A stretch of DNA of 64,000 bases from Eledone cirrhosa. Lineage: Eukaryota. The notes beneath the pieces were generated by a model. That model was not told where the DNA came from, did no database searches, and saw only the letters and a program-made list of their open reading frames with translations. Shown piece after piece: positions 50,121 to 62,121 of this stretch. Position numbers and translations under genes: made by a program. Every line of letters begins with the position of its first letter. Position 1 is the stretch's first letter. Location of the stretch: contig OZ024741.1 of assembly GCA_964016885.1 (NCBI GenBank), positions 95,046,001 to 95,110,000 of the forward strand, written 5' to 3'.

Positions 50121-50156
50121 CCTTAATTTTCGAGATAATATCTCTTCCTCAGAGGG
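50121..50156 (-). ncRNA. Minimal (PLE-type) hammerhead ribozyme motif
   Basis: Minus strand CCT-CTGAGGA-A-GAGAT-ATT-ATCTC-GAAA-AT-TA-AGG: 3-bp stem I, 5-bp stem II, palindromic AATT in place of stem III. Confidence 0.65.
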
Positions 50157-50500
50157 AAATAAAGGTCTCAAACCAGCGTTCTAAATAGCTTGCCAAGTCA
50201 TGCTGACAGGAAACTAGTACAGCATTCCTTTGTCAGTGTTGAACAAATGAGCAACGATGGTTGCTAGACACTGTATGGCTTAATTTGGGATGTTTGTTTA
50301 CAAACACACCGAGCATTATAATAAATGTTCGGTGAATCCATACGTACATATATGTGTGTGCATGTATGTATATATAAATACATACTACTGTACGTCTGTA
50401 TACATATATGTATGTACGTATACATACTTATATTTAAGTAACAGCCGTACTAAGAGTGAGAAATGAAATTTTGTTTCATTTTTTCCGTTTATATATATTT

Positions 50501-51192
50501 ATCATCATCATCATCATCAACGTTTAACGTCCGTGTTCCACGCTTGCATGGGTTTGGACGGGGGTAGTCCAACTTGAGGCAAGAGTGATTGTCTTGCTCG
50601 CATAGGACTGTCTGGCAGGTTTTCTACAGTTGGATGCCCTTCCTAACACCAACCACATTTACAGTGTGGGTCTGGGAGGTTTTTACCGTGTTGCCTGCAC
50701 GGCCACATTACAGCGTGGACTGTGTGTTTTTTTGTCGTGACACCTACACGATCTCATTTGTTTCGGCCTGGATGGCGCGGCACCAACATAACTTTACATA
50801 GAACGGGGTGGTGTGGATGGGGTGGGGGTGGTGGTGGTGGGACGGGGTGTATTTTGTTAGAGATGCCTACTGGCTGGAGTAGGTTTTACTATATATTTAG
50901 GTAAGGCGGGTCTTCTCTGTTACTGAGTACTGCCAAAGGTCTCGGTCCAGTGACATTGTCTTGGAGAGGTGTAAGTGTGTGATGTCGGAGTTTATCAGCT
51001 TGTCCCAGGTTTTTCTAGGTCTGCCTATTCCGTGACTACCGTCTATCTTTATTGCCCTGCACTTTGTTATACAGCTATCGACTTTCATGCGCATCACGTG
51101 TTCATACCAACGTAGCCTTCTCTCGAGTAAACAACATCTGATCCCTCTTATCTCTAATTTTTTCCTTAGTTCGTTTATGCTTTGCCGTTCAC
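50501..51192 (-). mobile_element. RTE LINE copy 4: 3' fragment, same subfamily as copy 3
   Basis: Minus-strand ORF end MRMKVDSCITKCRAIKIDGSHGIGRPRKTWD, 3' UTR and (GAT)n tail. Confidence 0.93.
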
Positions 51193-51218
51193 ATATAATT
51201 ATATTTATATATATATAA

Positions 51219-51722
51219 TTAGCTTACAAATTTAGAAGGGCCCTAGATAAACATAAACTCAATATTAAGATAGTAGAAAGACCAGGTACCTCCGTAAAAA
51301 CACTTATTAGCAAGATATACCCTTTTCAAAGACCCCCATGTATAGATAAGAAATGTATAACCTGTAAAATAAGCCCCCATATTAACTGTAAAACTAGAAA
51401 TGTAGTGTATAGCATAAGATGTACTGAAGGACAATGTAGAGACAAAAATATAGTGTACATAGGTGAGACATCTCGTAGTGTAGGGGAACGGATAAATGAA
51501 CACTGGCGAGACCTTCAAGATAGTAAAGAATCATCTGTACTCTACCAACATGCTAAAATAGAACACAAGGGTAAATTAGAGAACATAGAAATAAAAATAG
51601 AATCTACACACAGAAAAGACGCAATGTTTAGACAAATCACAGAGGCAATAAACATAAAAGAATTACAACCAAAATTAAATAGAAAATATGAGTGGAACAG
51701 CAACATCACAACTTACAATTAA
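51219..51722 (+). CDS. Penelope-like element ORF C-terminus: Cys-rich linker and GIY-YIG endonuclease (5'-truncated)
   Basis: Frame open from about 51219: LAYKFRRALDKHKLNIKIVERPGTSVKTLISKIYPFQRPPCIDKKCITCKISPHINCKTRNVVYSIRC...VYIGETSRSVGERINEH...RQITEAINI...PKLN. Contains VVY-YIG and the catalytic-type R, E and N residues. Confidence 0.9.
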   Translation, partial: LAYKFRRALDKHKLNIKIVERPGTSVKTLISKIYPFQRPPCIDKKCITCKISPHINCKTRNVVYSIRCTEGQCRDKNIVYIGETSRSVGERINEHWRDLQDSKESSVLYQHAKIEHKGKLENIEIKIESTHRKDAMFRQITEAINIKELQPKLNRKYEWNSNITTYN

Positions 51723-51873
51723 GGACAAAATGAAAACACACACACACATAGAACAAACAACAGACACCCGGATGTGGCGCATGCGCAGACTGAGACACAA
51801 CACACACACACAGAAACAAAATGGCGTAGGACAGAACAAAGGAGAGGCACAAAAACAAAGAAAAGAATCCCCA

Positions 51874-51916
51874 GTCACTGAAGAGGTCACAGAATGTGTG
51901 ACGAAAGAACTTTGAC
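51874..51916 (+). ncRNA. Minimal hammerhead ribozyme in the PLE 3' UTR (pLTR)
   Basis: GTCA-CTGAAGA-G-GTCACA-GAATG-TGTGAC-GAAA-GAAC-TT-TGAC: 4-bp stem I and 6-bp stem II, about 150 nt after the GIY-YIG stop on the same strand. Confidence 0.78.
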
Positions 51917-51979
51917 GATATATAAACAACTATCTGGTTGTGGAACCAACCAACCAACCAGAAATTTATAAATTCCTAA

Positions 51980-54449
51980 ATAACTTGGTGGTGGAACAGT
52001 CAGGTGGAAGAGACAACCAAGGCCAAAAAGCAGGCTTGGAAAGTATGGCAGTATGGGGGAAATAGAGAGCACTATCAAGTGGCCAGGAGAGAAGCTAGGA
52101 GACAAGTGTACCTTGCAAAAAGGGGATAGAAAGTTCAAGCATGTTCTACAACGTGAGGATCAAAAACGTGAGGTGTTAAGGATTGCTAGACAATGTGTCA
52201 AGGAAAACTGTGATCTTGTCAGGGAGAAGTGTGTCCGTAATGATAACGGTGTACTGATAAGAAGATAGCCTGGAAGTGTCACTATGAGAGACTATTAAAT
52301 GAGGAGAATAAATGGGAAAAAGATAGTCTGCCCCAAATCGATCTAATAGAAGGACCAGCGGTGCAAGTTAAAGGTAGTATAATACGTAAGGCAATCAAAG
52401 ATATGAAGACAGGCAAGGCAGCTGGTCCTTCAGAGATAGTTGCTGAGATGTTGAAGGCATCTGGTATGGTGGGACACACTACGGTCACCCGTATAGTTAA
52501 CCAAGTAATACAGAATGGGGTCATACCGAAAAAATGGCATAGCAGCATCATCATTAACTGCTACAAGGGTAAAGGGGATGCTCTAGATAGGGGAAACTAT
52601 AGAGGCATTAAGTTAGTTGACCAGGTCATGAAGGTCACAAAAAGAGTTATAGTGCAACTAATCAGAGAGCGAATTGATCTAGATGAAATGCAGTTTGGGT
52701 TTGTGTCAGGTAAAAGTACCACAGACGCTCTTTTCCTTGTATGACAACTGCAGGAGAAGTACCTAGCTAAAAGTAAACCCCTCTACTTAGCTTTTGTAGA
52801 CCTGGAGAAAGCCCTTGACAGAGTCCCCCGCTCCATTATCTGGTGGGCTCTTAGAAAACTAGGTGTAGATGAATGGCTTGTGAGAGCTATACAAACCATG
52901 TATAAAGAAACAGTCAGCAAGGTTAGAATTAACAACGAATATAGTGAAGAGTTTAGCGTAAAAGTTGGTGTTCATCAGGGCTCCGTCCTTAGCCCCCTCC
53001 TATTTATTATTGCCCTCCAAGCTATAACGGAGGAGTTCAAGACCGGCTGCCCATGGGAACTCCTATACGCAGATGATCTTACGCTCATAGCCGAATCAAT
53101 GGCTGAACTAGAGAAGAAATTCGAAACATAGAAGCATGTCCTAGAATCAAAAGGCCTTAAAGTTAACTTGTCTAAGACTAAAGTTCTAGTTTGTAGAAAG
53201 GAAAATAGGGCCCAGGCGCCTTCAGGGAAATGGTCATGCTCAGTGTCTAGGAAAGGAGTAGGCAGAAATTCCATTTTATGTCCCAAATGCAAAGTATGGG
53301 TACATAAAAGATGTAGTGGGATCACAGGTAAACTATCTATTAACGTAGACTTTATATGTGGCCGATGCTCAGGTGCAATAAGTAGCAGGTGTCTACAGAA
53401 TACTAGCTCATTCCATTGCCCAGAAGGTTCTATAGAAATAGTGGACACCTTCCGTTACCTGGGTGACGAAATCAGCAGTGGTGGAGGGTGCTCCGAAAGT
53501 ACTGTAGCTAGAGTCCGAACGGGATGGAAAAAGTTCAGAGAGCTTATACCACTATTGGCCGCTAAAGGTTTCTCTCTAAAAATAAAAGGCAGATTGTATG
53601 ATGCTTGTATACGAACAGCAATGCTACATGGCAGTGAGACATGGGCATTACATGCAGAGGACCTGCGCAGACTGGAAAGGAACGAAGCATGCATGCTCCA
53701 TTGGATGTGTAATAGTAATATACATGAACGGCAAAGCATAAATGAACTAAGTGAGAAATTAGGAATAAGAGGGATCAGATGCTGTTTACTTGAGAGAAGA
53801 CTACGTTGGTATGGCCACGTGATGTGCATGAAAGACGACAGCTGTATAAAAAGTGCAGGGCGATCAAAATTGATGGTAGTTACGGAGTAGGTAGACCCAG
53901 AAAAACCTGGGACGATCTAATAAATTCCAACCTTACACACTTGCACCTCTCTAAGACAATGTCACTGGACCGAGATCTTTGGCGCTACGTAGTAATACAG
54001 AAGACCCGCCTTGCCTATGTACAAAGCGAAACCTACAGTCAGTAGGCACCTATTAACCAAATATACACCACAATCCACTATCCCTACCCTATCCTCCCAC
54101 TCCCACCAACACCACCCTCTCTCTATAAAGTTGGTACCACAACATCCAGTCCAAATAAATGAGATAATGAGATCGAGATTGTGTAGGTGTCACGACAAAA
54201 ACACACACAGTCCACGCAGTAATGTGGCCGTGTAGGTAACACGGTAAAAAGTTCCCAGTTCCACACTGTAAATGTGGTTGGTGTTAGGAAGGGCATCCAG
54301 CTGTAGAAAACCTGCCAGATAGTCCTATATGAGCGAGACACGGTCACCCGACAAACCTTGACTCAAATTGGGACAACTCCCGTCTAACCCATGCTAGCGT
54401 GGAAAATGGACGTTAAACGAAGATGATGATGATGATGATGATGATGATA
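51980..54449 (+). mobile_element. RTE LINE copy 3: 5'-truncated, diverged subfamily with several stops and frameshifts
   Basis: Begins ITWWWN. ORF pieces 52361-52744, 52880-53131 (YADD) and 53168-53890 (PHD-type finger with one Cys lost). 3' UTR and (GAT)n tail follow. Confidence 0.95.
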
Positions 54450-54479
54450 TTTATTTATATATATATATATATTTATATA

Positions 54480-54953
54480 TAATAAAAGTATGTGTTCCTA
54501 CATGTAAATAATACACATAGGGATACAAGTATAGTCATGTATGCAAGTGTGGTTCAATGGCAAGTTAATAAATTAAGGGAAAGCAAATAAAGAAAAAATT
54601 TTAAAATAAATTAAAAAAAATTCAGTGTCCTTACTATATGTGCCTTTACCACGGTTTCAAATCCCAAAAGAAATAGATAATCCAAGCGGATTTCCATTGA
54701 GAAAGAGATCCTCGTCAGAAGGCTTTTCTCTCTCGGAGAATATAAGATTCCCTAGTTCAAAATACAAACTGGCACCATACAAAACTGCCCCAACAAATGA
54801 ATGATGAAACTATTTTGTCTAGTACCGTGTGCAAAGACTGAAAGCAAGGTGGACAGGTCAATCTCTCGCTACTAAAAATAGCAGCCGTTCAAATGACCAA
54901 AGGTTTCTATCCCTATGTGTATTATTTACATGTAGGAATACATACTTTTATTA
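54480..54953 (-). mobile_element. PLE-type pLTR piece bounded by 46-bp inverted repeats
   Basis: 54480-54525 is the reverse complement of 54908-54953 (one mismatch). Encloses a full hammerhead. Confidence 0.75.
54642..54723 (-). ncRNA. Type I hammerhead ribozyme with extended stem II
   Basis: Minus strand GCCTT-CTGACGA-GGATCTC-[...AATCC GCTT GGATT...]-GGGATTT-GAAAC-CGTG-GTA-AAGGC: full catalytic core, 5-bp stem I, GUA cleavage triplet. Confidence 0.82.
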
Positions 54954-55776
54954 TTATTATTCTCCCCAACGGTAGAGAAACTGTGGCTCTTAAGTTATAG
55001 TTATTCATGTTAGTTAGCCCAGGTCAGCCATTATCAAGTAGACTTGTGATCAAATACATTCCAGTTGTAACCATCCTGTTTTGTTCTGTCCATACAGATA
55101 ATCCAGGACTACGTTATCTAATATGTCCTCTTCTGAAATAGTGTGATTTCAAGGAAATATTGGCTACTATTTTTAACAGGCTGATTTCAGCCCCACAGAG
55201 CCCCACAGAGGCTCCCAAAGTGTAGTGTAATCACAAGAGTTTATCTTTAGCAGAATTGTTAGAGCACCAGACAAAATGGCCAGCAAAATTTGTTTCAGCT
55301 CTTTATGTTTTGAGTTTAAATCATGCTAAAGATAGCTTTGCATTCTTTCCTTCCTAGTGCCAAGAACATATACTGAATCAATTTAATCAACCTCTCCCTC
55401 CTCACAATTTCTGACCTTAAGAGCCACAGTTTGGAGCTTTAACACCAGTAGTTCCAAAACGTTTTTTTCTATTTACAGTGCACTTTAGAACAATTAAACA
55501 ATTTTTGTCTCATTTTGTGCATAAAGTTAAAAATGTTTTAAAATATTTATATATTTAGCCTATAGATATAAATTATTTAAACTATTATATATAATCTACA
55601 AATACAAATTATTTAAACTACTATATTCAACATATAAATATATATTATTGAAATTACAGAAAATTAAGTATTTACATCTTTATTCAATAAATGAAGCATA
55701 GAATTTCAGCTTATATTTTTCACATTTTTAAAACTATAATTTTATCTTCACAGCATACTTAGTTACTATATCTAGC

Positions 55777-56284
55777 AGTATACCAGTGTGGTATACTGCA
55801 AGATATAGTATACCAGTCTGGCATACTGCAAGATATAGTATACCAGTGTGGTATACTGCAAGATATAGTATACCAGTGTAGTATACTGAGATATAGTATA
55901 CCAGTGTGGTATACTGCAAGATATAGTATACCAGTGTGGTATACTGTGAGATATAGTATAGCAGTGTGGTATACTGTAAGGTATAGTATACCAGTGTGGT
56001 ATACTGCAAGATATAGTATACCAGTGTGGTATACTGTGATATATAGTATACCAGTGTGGTATACTGCGAGAAATAGTATGCCAGTGTGGTATACCGCAAG
56101 ATATAGTATACCAGTGTGGTATACTGCGAGAGATAGTATACCAGTGTGGTATACTATAAGATATAGTATGCCAGTGTGGTATACTGTGAGATATAGTATG
56201 CCAGTGTGGTATACTGTGAGATATAGTATACCAGTGTGGTATACTGCAAGATATAGTATACCAGTGTGGTATACTGCAAGATAT
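55777..56284. repeat. 30-bp minisatellite, about 17 copies, each with a 9-bp hairpin
   Basis: Unit AGTATACCA-GTG-TGGTATACT-GCAAGATAT. Confidence 0.97.
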
Positions 56285-56321
56285 GTACAGAGTTTGGGGA
56301 CATTACTTGACATTATTGTTA

Positions 56322-56480
56322 GTCGGACGCCATGCTTTCCAGCATAGTTACGTCCCTTTACGATCTGAGTTCAAATCCCGCCGAGGTTGACTTTGCCTTT
56401 CATCCTTACGGGGTCGATAAAATAAAGTACCACTAATGCACTGGGTATTTGCTGGCCTTGTGCCTAAAAGTAGAAACAAT
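56322..56480 (+). mobile_element. Nin/Deu-domain-like SINE, young, 5'-truncated
   Basis: Near-identical to 62142-62302 and to the reverse complement of 38355-38510. TSD ATTATTGTTA at 56312-56321 and 56479-56488. Confidence 0.9.
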
Positions 56481-56987
56481 TATTGTTAAGAATTAGTAAT
56501 CAAGTCTCCCTTATATTCCACCTTACTGTCTTGAAAAAAAAAAAGGAATGATACAGGGTAATTTAGTTTAATATACCTTGGTAGAGGTGGGGGATAACTA
56601 CAATACAACAACAACAAAAAGGCTGAGGGGGGTGCAGACGGGGGATAGTCTATGCTAGAATATCTTTGATAATAAATCTGCTTTATCAGATCTGATCTGG
56701 GGATTAATCAGTAACAACAATAACTATAGCTTTTTTTACTTTCAAATGACTTTTGCTGTTTTACATTCATTTCCCAAGCTGATATGTAATATGTATAAAA
56801 TGGGGTCTTCTTCACGGACAGTGTGCTTTTTGATTCCTGTCTTTTGTTGTCATTAGCTTTGCCTTTCATTCTTGAGGGGTTGATAAAATAAAGTACCAGT
56901 AATACTCTGTGTTTGATTTAATTGACTTTCCCTTCTCCCAAATTGTTGGCCTTGTGCCTAAATCAGAAACCATCATTACCACTACCA

Positions 56988-57288
56988 TCATCATCACTAT
57001 CATCATTTTACATCTATTTTTCCATGCTTGCATGTGTTGCATGAGTTTTTTTCAGCAAAGCATCCTTCCATTCATCGTGTTCCTTTTGCCATCTCCTCTG
57101 TAAGCTTCAGCAATTTGTAATCAGTTCTCACCACTTCTGTTCAGATCTTTCTTGGTCTTCCTATCCTGCAGCTTCCTTCCATTGGGATTTCGAGGCTCTT
57201 CTTTACCCAGCAACCATCATTCATGCACATCACATGTCCATACCAGCACAGTTTTCTCCCTTGCACACTACATCTGATTCCTCTTTAA
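56988..57288 (-). mobile_element. Old RTE 3' fragment with a short 3' UTR
   Basis: Minus strand translates RGIRCSVQGRKLCWYGHVMCMNDGCWVKK...GRPRK. The tail follows with no pseudoknot modules. Confidence 0.8.
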
Positions 57289-58997
57289 TATGTTTGTATG
57301 TGGGTGTGTCTCTGTTTGTTCAGGACTTAAATCATTGTAATTATCATATACATATAAATGTATTTTAATTATGCAAGGGCAAGGTCAAATTCTGCAAGGA
57401 TGTGGATGCCATTGTTTAAATCAACCTCAATATAACAAAGGTTGATAAAGCCAATGTTTATTTTTGATATCCATAACATTAAGTAGATGAAAGATGAAAC
57501 ACTCCGTGGATAGGATGCTGATCTACTGTAGGAATTAACCCTGGCACTTCAAACTAATGTATCCACTTACTTCATGTATATTCAAATATTTAATTTGATA
57601 ATTCCTCGATTACAACATTCTATGTGAAGCAGCTTCAATTATTGAGTTTCTCTTGACATTCATAATCTTAAAACTGCTATTGTCGTCATTGCTGTCTTCT
57701 TCTTCTCCTCCTTCTCCTCCTATTATTATTATTGTGAATAGTGTTGCTACATGATCCTTGCTGACACATTAGCAAATGTGTTACCCAAAGGGTAGCAAGT
57801 GAGATGTGTTAAATGAGTCAGTCAAATGTGCATGGGAAGGAGGTGCAGGGTGGTGTATGTGTTCATTCTTGCAGATGGTCATTTCCATCTTGATAACGGT
57901 AAGTATGGTGGTGGTTTGAGGATCTAGGATGCCAGATATTTCCACTGCTGTGAGTTCAATGATCATAGTGGTACTGTACTTCCATATTAACTGTGATGGG
58001 TGGTGATGGTGGTGGAGTAATAAGAGGTAAATCTGAACATTGTAGAAAATTTGAACTCACAATATGGAGACTTTCAGTTTGGCAGTCTACCATTTCTGTC
58101 AACTTTAGACCGAATTTAATACATGAACAGTTATGTCTATCTCTTCAGCTGTCTTAATCCTTAAAACAATTCTACTGTTGATAAACTCTCCCTGGAGCCA
58201 GTCTTTAGCCTAAAACTGTTGTTATTTTTAATTAGTGAGAGAGAGAGAACAACAAAAACATTTATGAATTACTGCCAGCAATCCATAAGAAAGATTTAAC
58301 AATACGTTCTGAGTAGGGGGAAGTAAAATTAAGACTTAACTTCACCCCACCCTTAAAAAAAAAAAAAAAATTTTGTTAGAATTGAAAATATACTTTTACT
58401 TATCTATCTTATCATGCCTTTAACTTCCTGCCAAAGTAACAAAAAAAAAAAAAAAAAAAATACAACTACAAAAAAATAACAAAACAAATTCTTTTTCCAA
58501 AGATTTGTTCTGTGCAAAATAGTGAAAAATTAATAGAAGAAACAAATGGGCATTGTAAGAAAGGTGGAACAACAACAAAAACAATCCCACTTGTGTTGAA
58601 AATCAATTCTCAATAGAAAATAGTATTTCAGCTATATATTTGTTGTTTTCATGTTGTTGAGTTGCTGTGTTTTTAATATGTTTTTATTTTTCTTAATTTG
58701 ATACTACGTCTGAAATGGGAAGTGTATGTCTATGATAAAAAAAAAGCCCAGTATTTTAGACAAGCCATTCCAAAGATAAGGTTAAGGTCATAGTGTCAGA
58801 TAAATTCCTTTGTGGCACAACTCAAAGTCTTCAATTAATACCAGCCTACTATATACTTCTAAGAATAAACTAAACCAAGCAGTTTCTAGATATTAACAAC
58901 ACATACACATATAAACACACACATATACATGCATACACACACACACATACTCACACACTCTCTCTTTCACTCTCTCTCTGTACATGTATACATAAAA

Positions 58998-59031
<34 letters not shown>

Positions 59032-59659
59032 GGAAGGGGGTGACAGACAGATTTTGGAATATCTTATTTGACAAACAAAGAATAATGAGGTTACCAACCA
59101 AATAACACAGGCAGTAGATAAAACATACCAATTTCTAGAATCACCAAATGCCAATTAGATAGTGCTATCAACACCTCTTGGTTGATAACATCAGATAAAC
59201 TTGTAGAAATGAATAAAATAATAGAGAATACATATATGTATATATGTGTGTGTATGTGTATATATATAATTTAAACTATGGTCACACGTTACAAGGACGG
59301 ACAATGGAAAAAAACATGAACATATCCCTTCTCCTCAGCTAACTACTGGTGATCATTATGATTTCAATGCTTTTTTACAGTTAGTATCATTCCCTCCAGT
59401 GCACACAGGATTGCAACACAACAGTACCAGCGATCTTTGTTACTTTTATTATATATATATAATTCTGTTGTAACAAATGGCATTATAATGAATTTTTCAG
59501 TATGTCAAAATTTTTTTTAGTCACCGACGCAATAACAAACAAACGCTCAATTTGTTTCAGTCGATCTCATTATAAAGAATTTTTCGTTTTTTAACCTGTA
59601 ATTTCATAAAACAGAATTTCACTATATATATATATATATATAGGTGTGATTAAAACACC

Positions 59660-60035
59660 AGGATGCTGGATTGGTGATGTTCCTTTAAAGTTTTATTCTT
59701 ACAAAAAGACTATATATATTTCAATGGACTGGCAACATCATCAGGTGTGGATTGCATAATTAGTTAATCAATAAAGAAATTATGGCTTACACAAACAGAA
59801 AAAAATATTTGATTCAGGGATGGCCTGTGATCTAGGTGTTATTGTCACAGATGATCCCCGATATATGAGAATTTATCCTAACTTAATTGAAGTGCAATGG
59901 CATGTTTGGTTACATGGTCAGTTCCATGGTTAACCTTTGCTTTTGCCATTACAGGGCAGACACATCGGTATCTCTCAGTTTATTGGATTGGTAAATGCTT
60001 GGTTCTGCTCCTCTTTTTACTGTCATGTGATGAAG
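59660..60035 (+). mobile_element. Possible ancient CR1/L2-type LINE remnant
   Basis: DLGVIVTDD and KCNGMFGYM-like peptides in shifting frames resemble the CR1 RT C-terminus. Confidence 0.4.
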
Positions 60036-60340
60036 TGGGTTGGGGGAATAGGTAATTTATTTAAAAATAAGAAAAAGGAAATTTAAAATTCGTCAACGAT
60101 TACATATGAGGGTTAATGATTAAGACTGTCTGTCTTTTGGGGAGAGAGAAATTATTGAATCATCTTTTAGGTTCAAGATTCACAGTAGGTAGGGCAGTCA
60201 GGTGTAAATATGTTTGTTCTATCAATGTAAAATGTGAGGTTAAAAAAGTTTATTTTATAATCACAAGGTCCCAGGTTTGTTCTTACTGTCTGACACCTTG
60301 TGTAAATGTCTTCAACAATAGCTTCAGTTTAATAACAGCT

Positions 60341-60568
60341 TTAACCCTTTCATTACAAAACTGTCTGTAACTGCCCCTGGTTCTATGAATCAGACATTTT
60401 TATATTTATCTAAAAACCTTCCATCATAATTTTATGTAAGAACATTTGTTCAGTTATTCTTAACACCAACTTTATAATGAGAAAGTCAGTTACATTACTA
60501 AATCTTTCCAAAATTATTTCACAAAAGGCAGTATATTATATTAAAAATATGGTAATGAAAAAGGTTAA
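60341..60568 (+). mobile_element. piggyBac-type MITE, family B
   Basis: TTAA-CCCTTTCATTAC ... GTAATGAAAAAGG-TTAA. Confidence 0.8.
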
Positions 60569-61403
60569 GTGAAATTGAAGAATCTGAAACAACAGAGGCC
60601 TGTCAGAAGGACTGTAATTGTGATTTGTGGGCTGTCCTTGCTATACAGTGTCACATTGATTCTACTTGAAGATTACAATAAAGGTACATGTGTCTGGAAT
60701 ATCCAGTCACTTAGTAATAATCAGCAACAGCGTATATCATGCTTGCTCTAAGATAAAGAAATCATTTCCAATACATTCTATTTTCGGCAATATGGAAACT
60801 TTTATCAACCTTTCGTCTGTTTTTCTTATATTTTAAAATATATTCATTAATTGAATAGCATTGAAAAAAAATTTGACTCAGATTGCTTGAGTAATAAATA
60901 ACATTTTCATGTTCTTCATGCTTAAGTTATCATCATTTTTAAGATATGACATTCTTATTTTGAAAGAAAAAATTTGGAAAAATGTTTTAGTAGTATTTAA
61001 AAGATATTTATTGAACAAAAATTAAATCCGATATTAAAAGAACTTTGTTCCAGACACAAAAGAGTTCAAAAGTGTTATTTTGTGCTGTATTTAACAGCAA
61101 TTACCACATTTACAAATGCTTTCACCCATGCCTATTTCCTACACTTGATATTTTTTTTTGTTTTTATGAATTAGAAAGTAATATAAATAGTTATTTTTTA
61201 AAAAGAAAAATATCAATATTGGTTTTAATTAAATATTAAAATAAATTAAACTATGCATACCTAATTAAATATACAGCTGTACTTATACACACACACACTA
61301 TATATACAGGATGTCCCCCCAAAATGTATACACACTTTGATTACCTGTACAGGCAATATTTATTAGAATGCACAGCCTTTGTGTATATATTTTTTACACG
61401 CAC

Positions 61404-61454
<51 letters not shown>

Positions 61455-61473
61455 TACTGTTACATTCGTACCT

Positions 61474-62118
61474 TAGGGCAGAGGATTGGCAGAATTATTA
61501 AAGCATCAGGCAAATTGCTTTGCAGTATTTAACTGAAGCAGATTATGTTTTGCTTTCAAATCCCACTGAGGTTAATTTGACCTTCTGTTCCCCTGAGGTT
61601 CATAAAATAAAGTACTAGTCAAATACTGAGGTTAATTTAACCCTTTTGTAACCATATTTCTAATGACTTACATTGCATTTCAATTAACTAGTGACAAATT
61701 TAGAACGATTTACTAAAACTATTAATTATTTCATTATTAAGGTGGCATTTCAGGGCGGTGGATTGCAGTATCGGTGGAGCGTCGAACAATATGTTTTGCA
61801 GCAGAGTTACGTCCCTTTACGTTCTGATTTAAAATCCTGTCGAGGTTAGCTTTGCCTTTCATCCTTACCGGGTCAATAAAATAAAGTACGATCTAATTGA
61901 CTTCCCCTTCCCCCAAAATTGTTGGCCTTGTGCCTAAATCAGAAATCATTATTAATGTGGCATTTGAAACATTAACTTAACAAATGGTTCTTGTATAAAA
62001 TTATGTGGGCGGTTTTGTTCCATTAAACCAGGCAGTTTTGAGCAGATTGGCATCAAAAGTATTAACTTTCCCCTGCACATAACATTGCTGGCCTTAGGCC
62101 TAAATTAGAAATCATTAT
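61474..62118 (+). mobile_element. Nested insertion: old Nin/Deu-like SINE, containing a piggyBac MITE B (61637-62065), containing a younger SINE (61751-61945)
   Basis: The outer SINE is split at TTAA. The inner SINE has a 20-bp TSD TCATTATTAA(G/T)GTGGCATTT at 61731-61750 and 61946-61965. Confidence 0.78.
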
Positions 62119-62121
62119 TAT

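Noticed and set aside
50501-54449. RTE copies 4 and 3 as one twin-primed inverted insertion, or as a LINE-GIY-YIG fusion element
   Set aside because: Both copies have their own 3' ends and differ at many positions, and the PLE fragment between them has its own stop, hammerhead and tail. Independent insertions are the simpler reading.
55734-56347. Palindromic 30-bp repeats as CRISPR, and the YHTGILYL/VWYTARYS ORFs as proteins
   Set aside because: Linkers are 9 nt and nearly constant. The ORFs arise simply because 30 is a multiple of 3.
59955-59990. AG/GT-bounded 36-nt candidate host exon
   Set aside because: No recognisable peptide or partner exons, and it lies inside a probable CR1/L2 remnant.
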